A stretch of 60,000 nucleotides of DNA, taken from positions 26,972,001-27,032,000 of the forward strand of contig CM052817.1 in NCBI GenBank assembly GCA_028534125.1. Reading direction: 5' to 3'. The stretch comes from Lama glama. Taxonomy: Eukaryota. The notes below the pieces were generated by a model. It had not been told where the DNA came from and did not search any database. It worked only from the letters and a program-made list of their open reading frames with translations. The position numbers were made by a program, and so were the translations under genes. Positions 24,971 to 35,960 of the stretch are shown here, piece after piece; position 1 is the first letter of the stretch; every line of letters starts with the position of its first letter.

Positions 24971-25174
24971 ATACTTCAGAATTGAATTAAAAGATGTAAA
25001 TTTAAAATTTGTTGTGTATCTAATCTGCCCCAGGTTCAGTAAATAAACAATTCTTTTTTAAGAACAAAACAAAAACAAAACACTTGATATTTAAAGGGGG
25101 CATTATTAAAAATAATAACAGGCAACAGGCATAGCCAAGATTGTCCCAGAAAACTGACACGTATGGCCACCCTA
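24810..25174. mobile_element. hAT-Blackjack-type DNA transposon (MER94/MER81/MER63-like)
   Basis: TIRs taggatggcta and tggccacccta; 8-bp TSD cttattag / cttattaa. Confidence 0.7.
24941..24970. repeat. (GT)5(GA)10 compound microsatellite
   Basis: direct reading. Confidence 0.95.
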
Positions 25175-25984
25175 CTTATTAAGGAATCAAATGCTACACT
25201 TAAAAGCTGAAAGCCTCAAAAAAGCAAAATAAAGCTCACAGTGGGAAAGGGGGACACAGTGGGTCACGTGAGAACAGAAAGTCAGAAAAGTCCAGATAAA
25301 AGATCAAAAGAAAGCTCAAGCACCCACACTCAGTGGCACTTCCAGGTTCCCTAAGCACAGCTCCTCCCCACCTTGGATATTAACAGTCCGTACATATGAG
25401 TCAAGTCTGTCGTACATCATGAGCTCTCCTTGCTTACTTAACAGTTTATTTTATTGCTACTCTCACAGTCCTCCTTGATACTACCTTAACTTATCCCACC
25501 CCAACCCCCCACCCCCCACGAGCTTCCTTTCCCCTCTCTTCCTTATTTTATGTCCCATCTCTGAGCCAATAAACTAGAGTTACTGGGCACTTGCTACATA
25601 CATACCAGGCACTGTGCTGAGTCCTCCTACATAAAATGGGGGTTCCCACACTGAATTAAATGCAGTCCTGGTCACGTAACTGTTCAGATTTTTGCTTGCC
25701 ACACTTTTTAAAACAACACAGTTTCACTCCAACCTCCATTTCTAAGCAACCTAATCAAGGAGGACAGTGGCCAAGGTTCCCAGTGAAGCCACCTCCCTGC
25801 TGATCTGTAGATAGTTCAGTATATACACTGAAATAAAATAAGAATAAACTGAACAACTTTTGTTAAGGCGTCAAAGTTTCTGCATCTTAAAACCTTATAA
25901 AAGCTCCCATTCACCCAACCAAGACACTGCAGCTTCGCGGGGCAGGGCAGGGGTGGGGGGACAAACGCTCTTTCTTATAGCCCA

Positions 25985-26102
25985 ATTTCCTCCTTGACGA
26001 TGATGGAGGATTATGTCTTGCCCACCGCTGCATTTCCAGCACCTTGCAGAGTGCCTAGCACAAAATAGACACCTAATAGTACCTACTGAGTAAATGAATG
26101 AA
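25985..26102 (+). mobile_element. L2 3' end
   Basis: ccagcaccttgcagagtgcctagcacaaaatagacacctaatag...gagtaaatgaatgaa. Confidence 0.75.
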
Positions 26103-26234
26103 CAAGGGACTCGTGGTTAGCGACTTTTTTTCCTTGATTCCAATGCCTCAGGATCTTTGCTGTGTTGATTATCTCCCCTCAAAAGGCAGCCCACTCCTTC
26201 CTTTCCCCCTGACAGTAACAGCTTTTGAAGTCAG

Positions 26235-26430
26235 CCCAAAACCCCGGATCAAATACCAGCCACTAAATAGCAATGTAACCACGAACGAGTTTTCTAATCA
26301 TTCTCTGTGCCTTATTTTTCTTATCTATAGAAGAGAGATAGCATTATCAAGTGTGCAAGGTTTCTGTGGTATTTGTGAGATTTGGAAACAATTTATGTAA
26401 AGGGCCAGGCAGGAACCCAATAAATGTGTG
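26235..26430 (+). mobile_element. MIR SINE
   Basis: tctctgtgccttatttttcttatctatagaa...tatttgtgagatt...aataaatgt. Confidence 0.6.
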
Positions 26431-28494
26431 CTGGATGAAAGAATAAATTGCCATTCTGTCCTGTGGCTCCACATCAAAGTGTAACCATCAAAGTGTAATT
26501 TGTCATTTAACAATAGATATGCATCAAGAGTTGTAACACACAACTGGAGTCTGTCTGCTATGGAACATCAAAGGAAGAGTTTAACATCTGCTCTTAAATG
26601 CAGGAAAACAACAATTAGTCCACAAGTAAAAAGGAAAGGTGTGCAACCTGATTTCATCTTTCCCACCACCATCACCATGTATTGAGGGATTACCAGCTTA
26701 CAGCAGACCGAAGGTTTCTTGCAGGGGTCACAACGCTGGGGAAGGTAACCCAGGAAATGGTTTTTAAATTCAGCATTTATTGATAGCTCCTGCTTTTCAC
26801 CGTCAAGAATGTACAGGCCATGCCTGCCCTTACTTCAAAGTGCAAAACTAAGCAGTCAAAAACCACAAGAGTAAGACTGAGGCTGACGAGCTCTTTTATC
26901 CAACTTGCTTGCTCTTCCAGAAATCTAAGATAAAAACTTCAAAAGGGAATAACATCACATACCTTCGTGCAACTTTAAATTTATGAAACGCGTGCCTGTG
27001 ACGGCCAGGCAGATGTCAGTTTCTGCAGCAGAGCCAAGGTCTGAGTTCCCTTCTGCTGCTTCCCCACTTCTCCTCCAGGCCGAGCAGCAGCCACGGGAAG
27101 GAGCAGCTCCCTAGGCTCTGTTTCCAGCACACCTGAACCTGCCCTCTTCTGAGGCCACGAGAGCTATTTCCCAGCCCTCACCTTCTTCTTTTCCAGTAAC
27201 TGCGGCACAGACAAGCTAGGAAACTTCCCCAGGGTTTGCTTTCCTTCCCCGCAGCTCACCTGTGCTTACTCTCCTGGAAGATGAAAGAAACCCCAGAGTT
27301 CTTCAAAGCCCAGAGGCAGTGCTGATCTCGAATAACATTTTCCATTTTCTTAAAAGCCATCATTTCCTCCTCTCCTCCGGCACACAGAACGGGAAGCAAA
27401 GCCTAAACGGCCTCCTCAGGGTGCACGAAAGTAACAGTAGACATTACAAAAGAACATGAACTCTGGTTTAAAAACAGCAAAGGGTCATCCTGGGATAAAC
27501 ACGGGCTATAATATTGAACCGTCAAATTCAGTTCTACAAGCTCACAATTTTGGCCTCCTTCAAAGAGTATCTGAGCAAAAGTGGCCCCCTCTGGATACAG
27601 ATGTTTTTACCCTAAATTCCCAATCAGCCAGGCACACGCATCTATCATCACAATCTTTTTTCTTATCCATCCTCATTTGACAGATGCCTTCTTCCCAACA
27701 GTCACAGAGTTCACAAGCAAACTAAGCTGCAAACCCAGGCAGCCTGACCCCAAGGGCCTCCGATAATCTGCCCTGAACCAGGAGGGCACTTCTGTGTCTT
27801 GTCTAAGTCTAAGTCCAGCCAGGACCAAACAGGAATGACCATCAGCACAAGGGTTCCACATATTTTTACAAACTGAAGTCCTTACTTGCCTGAATGATAG
27901 TGTACTACTTTTTATGGACTCAAAAATATCATTTAAGATAGTTTTATACCTGCCATAGCAATGAAGCAGCAAGCACAGCTCTACAGCCCCCGACAGGGCA
28001 GAAAAGAAGCACACTGCAGCCTTGGCTTCAGTTTTGGACGGCAAGTAACAAATTATTTTTCAGACAAAACAGCAATCAGGAATTTCCTGAAACTTCAGAG
28101 ATCGATCTAGATAGCAAACTATAATATAAACACAAAAATAACTAAATATTAAACTAAAATCCAATGACCCCCTTTTAAGTTCCACTTGACAATAATTGCT
28201 ACAGAAGCTTCATATATATAATTTTAAAATACTGAATTTTAGGAGACAGAAAACATCTAGAGATTATTCATCTTATCAATGCCCATTTTATTGAGCAAAG
28301 ACTTATGAAAGACAAAAAAAAAAGTGAGAGACTGGGTCCCAGGCCTCAAGACCTTACAATCTATTAAACATTCTGTGAACAACTATTACTCAATTCAAGT
28401 TAAAACCAATAAAAGATAAAATTAGAATATGTTACAGAGAGATTCAAGTAGGGTATTAAGGGAGTTCGACACATACAAATGATTACTTCTAAGC

Positions 28495-28710
28495 ACAGTG
28501 GTTAAGAGCATATACATGGGACTCATGTAGACCTAGGTTCAAGTCTTGACCTCACCACTCCCAAGCTGTGTGACATTAGACAAATTATTTCACCTCCTTA
28601 GGCCTCAGTTGCAAAATCTGTTCGATAAGGAGATAACATCTACCTCTCAGAACTGATACAGAACTAAACAAGATACGTAAGACTCTTAATGCAGTTCCCA
28701 GCACACAACT
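28495..28710 (+). mobile_element. MIR SINE
   Basis: cacagtggttaagagcat...gacctaggttcaagtcttgacctcaccact...gctgtgtgacattagacaaatta...gcctcagtt. Confidence 0.85.
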
Positions 28711-29149
28711 GCTGGCAGTAGCTTCCAGTCTGAGACCTCTTATTTCTCTATCCCCCACATCTAGGTACTTCTCTTACCAATGTCCCTTAACTGCTCTGTC
28801 CAGGGCCCTACTAGATCCTACTACCAACTCCCCTTTAAAGATGAGGAAATGGACTTTGAGAAGATGGGAAACATGCCCAGCATCATACAGTTAGTAAAAA
28901 GAACACCATACCCAGCTCTTTTAGGCCCTAGAGTACACAGTTGTTTCTTTGTCTAATATTTCCTATTATCTTATAAGCAATTAAAAGGCATGTAGGAGCA
29001 TCTTATGGTACAAATTTTTAACAGTGCCCTCTCTAGGTAGGCCCAGCCCCAACAGCATACAGCTTGTGAGTAACATGTTGGATAGTTATCAGTCCCCACT
29101 ACCCAACACTCACACATACCCTTGCGCAGTGAACAACTCACACAACCTC

Positions 29150-29560
29150 ACACGGCCACCCTGGATCTCCAGTCTCCAGTATTCTCTTTTTCAGTCCATA
29201 ATCCACACTGCCCCCCAAGTGATCCTCATAAAACTTCTATCTAATTATGAAATTTCTTCTACCTTAAAACTCTCTAGCAGCTATATATTGCTTTAAAAAA
29301 AAAACCCCAAGTCTCCAGGGTGGCACACGTAGGCCTCACCACTCTGGCACCAAGTCTTTTCAGTCTCAGAGCCTGCTCCGCTCTCAACGTGCCCCCACCC
29401 CAGTCACAGCAGAATTCTGGCCACTCTCTGAACATGCCGTGAGCCTCCATTCCTCTGTGCCTTGGCACGTGCTTCCCCTTCAGCCCCACTACTCTCCCCT
29501 TTTCTGTCTTCTAACACAGCCCTCCAGACTTATTTCAATGTCGGCTCTTCAGTGCAGTGA
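29150..29560 (+). mobile_element. L2 fragment
   Basis: tccacactgccccccaagtgatcctcataaaac...ctctctgaacatgcc...cctctgtgccttggcacgtgct. Confidence 0.7.
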
Positions 29561-30309
29561 ACGCATGTCGTGGTTCCTCAGGAAATGACTGCCCCTTCGT
29601 CAGCAGGCCCATGGCATTTGTGGGTCTAGCTTCCTCCCGAGCTCACAGAATTCAGATGGACATCGCACGGGCTGTCCAGTTGGATGGATGGGAGTTGGAA
29701 TCCTAACTCAAACATTTTCTAGCTGTGTGAATGTGAGCAAGTTACTTCCCCCCCCCAGGTTTCAATAATCCTTACCCTAAGAATTACTGTGACAATCTAG
29801 AGATTCACTGCTATGACTTCCACACTTGTTCAGACAGGGGAGCCAATCTAAGGGCAGAATACCAAGAAATCTTGGTGTACTTAATTGTATCACATGAACC
29901 AAGAACTATCCTACTAGGAGAAATTATGACTACATTACATGCATACAGGTTCCCAAACATATGTGTGTGTGCACACGTATGTGTGTATAAATATATACAT
30001 ACATGTTTTTAAAATCATTGCTCTAAGTTTATCAATTCAATGCTTGTTATTTATTAACTTTTTTTTTCATTTGCTAATTTAACTCAACAAGTAGTAGCAG
30101 GTACCAAAGTTTAGGAAAATATAATGGAAGAAAAAAACTTAAAGATTAGAAAATTCTATTCATGATTTATTTTGGAACAGATGCATCAATAAATACCATT
30201 ACTGAATGTTAGTGGTCAAACACCTCATTTAAGAATATCCAGCCCACTGCTTGTCGCATGTTAGATACTGAATAAATGTTATTTGAATCTGATTTTGAAA
30301 CTCAAATTA

Positions 30310-30416
30310 AATTCCTTGAAAGCAAGGGCACATCTCATTCATCTTTGAATAATAAGCTCCTAACACAAGGCCTGGCACACAGTAGTTGTGCAAAAGATGT
30401 TGGCTTAATAAATGAA
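30310..30416 (+). mobile_element. L2 3' end
   Basis: ttccttgaaagcaaggg...ctcattcatctttg...cctaacacaaggcctggcacacagtag. Confidence 0.75.
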
Positions 30417-33400
30417 CCTAAAATTGAGAAGGCACGCAAAGGTCTATAATATATTTTGCATCTCTAATTAATCTGGATTTCAATCTGCTCCAATAATTAT
30501 ATTACAAAGTCTAGGAAATGTTCCTTCTGTACCCATATCTTCATCTGAGATATTTAGAGCTTCTTGGGAGGGAAGGAAACGTACGTAGACTCCTTCCTTA
30601 GGCACAGAAATATTGATGAAGACAGCTACACAGGAGGAACATGTCACCTGCACTCTGGTAATATAACAAAGGGACCAAAGAAGACACAATGCTTTATACA
30701 CGGCACCTGTCAAACAGTGACATTTTCCATTTCAAACACATATCTAGTTCCAAAAGCCTCCTATTCAGAACATGTCTGGTTACAGTAAACACTGCAGAGA
30801 CCGTAGAAGACGAAGCCTAGTCTACCCTATTTGCAGATGAAAAACCCACACCATATAGTTCACATATTTATACTCCCTTCTAACTGAAAGCCAGGATCGA
30901 CTTAAATTAAACAAAAATCTAAGATCAAATTGGTCCTCTATCACTAAAAATGGTATTGTAGATATTTATTGGCCTAGGAATTCATTATTTATTGTGCAGT
31001 GGAAAAGGAAGGATACTAATTTGCAGCACATACTACTCTTGTAGTATTAACATATATCAGCACATATGTGTATTAAACAGAACAATCAATAGAAGCTATT
31101 TCTACTTCTTTTAAAATACTCCATGGCTAGTTTTTCAAAAATGTGTCTACATTTTGTCAGTCTTATAGACTCAAGTTTCCAGAAGTCTACCTCAATAATA
31201 AAATACTTGAAATAAGGAAGACTTTGAAAACATCTGTGATTAAGAAAAAAATAAAAGTACAGGACAAAAGAGAGTTAAAAGGAAGTGTGGTAGGGTTCCC
31301 AATTTTCCCTGAAACTGTGTGCTTACCTCCCCCAAAAGAAATGACCAACTCATTTAAGTACCCCTTACAGTTTCAAAGTAGTGTCAGAACATTCTCTTGT
31401 GACTTTTCTAAATTTCAGAAAGGACTTCCTTTCTTCTCCCCCAACCCTGCCTTCTCCCTTAACGTTTACTTCCACGTAGCTAGTTCTTCAGGACTAGATT
31501 TATGTGGAGCATTTCTATGCATTATAACCGCCTCTTTTTTTTTTTTTAACTTAAAGGTCAATTGTATACATCCTTCTGTGCATATAAATTTTCATGACAT
31601 CAGTTTTAAGCAGGGATCTTTCTGCCATGCTCCCTCTGGTAACACAGGGGCTGTTTTTAGCTTATTAGGGTGATCGAAAGCCCTACAGATGCCCTGCTTC
31701 CACAAAATGGAAAGGTAACTTTTACAGCAGTTCCACAAAGGGAATATTTTGGTGTAATGGAAGGAGAATATTTCACCAGAGACTATATTAAACTTTAAAT
31801 TATTTAAACTTTAAACTGCTAAATTATTTGAAAGGCAGTTTAAATAGCTTACTTTCTGGGGCTAAGTTATATTTCCAATCTAAACACCACTGCAAATATC
31901 TGGATCCTAAAGCCCAGAGAATTAATCTTTTGCTCTTTCGTCCCACTTCTGTGGACAGATGGGTGACTTCCAACATAATCCTCTTTCAAATATCCTTCCA
32001 GGATGGGATAATAACTACACCACATAAGATTTCCTTTATTTTAAGGTTAATATGTGAATACAATGCTAAAAAAATCCAACTAAATATACTATCATTTTTT
32101 TAAATTCCATTAACAAACGTATTTCACTATTGCAAATATTTCACTGTAACAAAAAAATGTTTTTGAAGACAATTTTCGAAATCCTTGCTTTCAATGCATT
32201 TATATTTCAGGAGAGACTTGATGGCCCTCAGGAGTTGTTTTTGTGACGTGTGTATACTCCGTGTGTGTGTACATAATATTTTTTCAGCATAAATATCTTA
32301 TTTAACTTCCAAACAGCTTCATAATTAAAGACCTTTAACTAAATTAAAATTGCTTCCAAATAATACACAATTTAGTTACAAATATATTAACACTACAAAC
32401 AATATAACAACAAAATCTAATCTTACGTTTAATGCTTCTATGGACCTTCTAGAGCAAAGTTCTTTTCTGTCTTGCATTGTTTTAGAAATGTTTCACCTAG
32501 CTCATCTGTACAGACAGAAATGTAGAAGAGCTGTTAATACACAAGGAGTACAAAGTTAAGGAAACTATCTAGTAATTTATTGAGCAAGCAGTTCCTATTG
32601 TCAATGATATTATTTGTGGAAGATACCAGAAAAGAGATGTGTGAGTGAGCACGTGTGAGACTGCGTGTGTGTGTACTGTTTTGCTCACATTTTTATGGGC
32701 CACTCACATTTCCAAGTAGTATGTACAAAAAAGTAGATTGACTTTATTATTTTTAAGTCCTATTTTACCTTTTCAAAAAGCTCAGGGAATAAAACTGAAC
32801 TTTATGGCCCAAAGTAATTTTTTCTACAAGATAGTCAAGCCATTCATACAGGTGTCTCAATTCAATTAACTTAAGAGTATCTCAAAAGAGTTATAAAACA
32901 ATAAAACTGACAGCTGTATCAATTCTTCCAACACCAAGCTACATGAGGGACTTACTGAACAAGTGATTCCACATTCTGTTTTCCTTTCCAGGCAAGGAAA
33001 GAACCAAATGGATTTCATTCTTATTCTAAATTCAGAACCAAAGAGCTTATATAAAAGTCTATAACACCTGAAGCTCAGAAAACTAGACTCATTTTCCAGT
33101 CATACCATATTGCACTGTCTTACCTTTAAAGTTTAATTCATCTACTGAATACCTGATAAGAGGTTTTATCACAACCTTGAGGACTCAGTTGATGAAACCC
33201 CAAAGAAGTGGAACAATGTTGAAAGTCATGCTAATCTCTTGAAAGGTTTTTTTTTTTTAAAGGTCTCCTGAGCCCCTTCCCACGTTTTTAAGTCCATAAG
33301 AGCATATAAAACTTACAAAGCCATGGAAAAAAAGAAAGTAAAAAAGCCACAGACCCACTGTTAACTTTCCGAGAGAAGCATAACAGAATTTTTAAAAAGC

Positions 33401-34574
33401 AAGTTAGAAAGTACTTACTTTTCCCAGGTCTTTGGTACAAAGCTCAGAAGGCAAGTTCCCTTTTCCCACAAAGTCTTGTTAATTAATAGCAATCACCCAG
33501 TGAGGTCAGGCAGCCCAAATGTATCTAGAAATTGTGTAGACACGAAAAGTTAAAATTCAAAGTCAGAAATTAAAAACCAAAACACCCCATTGCTATCCAG
33601 TCTCCACATAATTAAAATACAGATTTCACCGGAATATCCACATGATGAGCTATGTTAGCTACTTTTCTTGCAGAATAATACTAACAAGACTTGCTAAATC
33701 TAGATGGTGTTTTGATCTGTCATCTTATTAAAGTTACTAAAGTAGGAACCAGCAAGGTTTCTTGGCAACCATTCACGGTAAAAATGCCCTTCTCAGGGAG
33801 TCATAAAAGGCAACTGAGGGAGGATCTGGACTTCTAATTATACTGTGACTTGGGAGGGAAGGTCTTCGGAAATCACACTTGCCTGCCCCACTTTCCAAAG
33901 ATGAGCTCATCTCACAAACACAGAAGCAGTTGTAAATAGAAGTGAACAATAACAACTTAATGAGATCCATCAACAACTTTTAAATGCCCTTCAAATGTAT
34001 CCATTTAAGCACACTTCACTTTTGCAAGTGGTAATGAGAAGACAGAGTCGTGTTAACTTTTTTCTAATAAAACAAAAAATCCAAGAATTCTACCTGATGA
34101 TAATCTCACTAAAAACATAAGTTACTCCCAACAATCTTGAGAATGAATATATAGGTAATAACTCATTCATAAGATAAAAGAGTTTAAGTAGGTGTAGCAG
34201 ACGCCACAGGTAAACCATAACATAATATTTGTGCACCTATCAGGCTGTCCCTTCTGGGCCTCACATTAGATGTAATTCTAAGAAGTATGATACAATTATT
34301 TAAAAGCCATAAGAGACTAAGAAATAGATTGATTAGGAGAAGGCAGGAAGCACTGCTACAAAAGGCAGCCAGAATCTCACAGACATCAGTACGCATCATT
34401 TATTCCTACGGTCATTGTCACTGTTCTAGGTTACAGTTACTATTACATTGTTACTATTGCTGTTACACAGTGTTGACTATTATGCCAGATTCTTTTCTAG
34501 GTACTCTCACATCTATTAACTCCATTTAGGACAGAGACAAGCAGAATATCCCCTAGAATCACCATGGTACCACA

Positions 34575-35177
34575 CAGCACACTCAGAGCTCCAATATCAC
34601 TGTGTGTGTTCCAAGGTTGACAGAGTAGGGAGAACTTGAGCACAACTCGAATTTCACATTTGTTTAGGCATGATTTCATTGCAAGAAACACTAGGTAATG
34701 ACAGAAGATTGCGCAGGGTGGAACCCAGCTGCCTGAAGACACAGAGAATGCCCAAAGCCCACCCTCAAGGATCTGCCAGCGATCTCGGTTCCCCGCAGGG
34801 TGCTGAGTCCCACCCCTCCACACTGGGTGCCCCAACTTTCCCTCTGATCTCAGGTAACCTTCCTTCCAACACTTCACAGTGACTCAGAAGCTGCAACCCT
34901 TCCAAGGCCTCAGTCCACAGGCAAACATCCGGACTTTAAGGTAAAGTGCCATAACTATTACACGTTTCTTTATTTCTTAACCAACTAATATGTGTAAAGT
35001 TGTGCTCCAATTTTGATTCGGTTCCTAGCTTTATTTTTTAACCTGTCACTGATAAAGGTGTTGAGCGTTACGTCCCCGATCATTTTCCCCAGAAGTGCTG
35101 TGGGTTTTACTGCGTGATTTTGCATAGCATGGTGGTTTTTAGAAACACACATACTGCATTTTAGCAGAACAGACACA
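34575..35177 (-). mobile_element. TcMar-Tigger DNA transposon (Tigger8-like)
   Basis: gtgattttgcatagcatggtggtttttagaaacacacatactgcattttagcagaacagac terminus; internal aaggtaaagtgccata, gagcacaactcgaatttcacatttg. Confidence 0.75.
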
Positions 35178-35569
35178 ATAACTTTATGAACAGTGTTTAT
35201 AAGGATGCTTGTGATTTAAACCAGAGGGGTTAAATTATGATTTTCATATATTTGTATTATATTAAAGAGGAGAGTAACATATGTAATACCATTTTAAAAA
35301 GATCCTCACTCACATATTGGGTTTACAATAACCTAATAGAGACACTTCTAAGGGTCAGTTTCAGTTATGTGAAAAATTTATTTATGAGAAGTTCCCTAAA
35401 GGTGTTAAATAAATGAGGTGTTACTGCACCACTCTGGACAGACCAACATGATCGTGTTATAAAGATAGATTCTTGCAGACAAGAGGGCTTAACTGGACTT
35501 GCTGAAAAGGACAAACTGAATTAATTACTTGTCATTCCTTGAAACCAATAAATTTTTAAAAGATTGAAT

Positions 35570-35960
35570 TCATCCTAAAAAAAGGTCCAAGATATGCATA
35601 AAGATATGTACAAAGAAGTTTTCTATTATAGGTAATAACAATTTAAGCAATTAAAAAATATAAATCTTTAGCAATGGATAAACAGGGTTTTTTTTTAATC
35701 TGTAAGATATTTCATAAAATGAGAAAATGTTTTTAAGCAGTGTTCACTGGAAATGCAGACTATAAGATGATATGTTCAACACAATTCCAATTTTGTTTAA
35801 AAGTTATCTGTACCTGGAAAAATGACTGGAATGAAAGAAAAAGTCAACATTTGTATACTTGCTAATTAGAGATTACAGAATTAGGGTCAAATAATTTTTA
35901 CTTTCTTTGCATTTTCCTGTGATACTCAAATATTCCACAGTGCTTACATCTACTTTCACA
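35570..35960 (+). mobile_element. Degraded L1ME-type 3' fragments
   Basis: aaagatatgtacaaagaagttt; acaattccaattttgtttaaaa; tttactttctttgcattttcctgt. Confidence 0.5.

Noticed and set aside
31143..31673. 176-aa ORF, the longest not containing Ns
   Set aside because: Non-ATG start, low-complexity F/S/K composition, no recognisable domain, opposite to the inferred transcription direction
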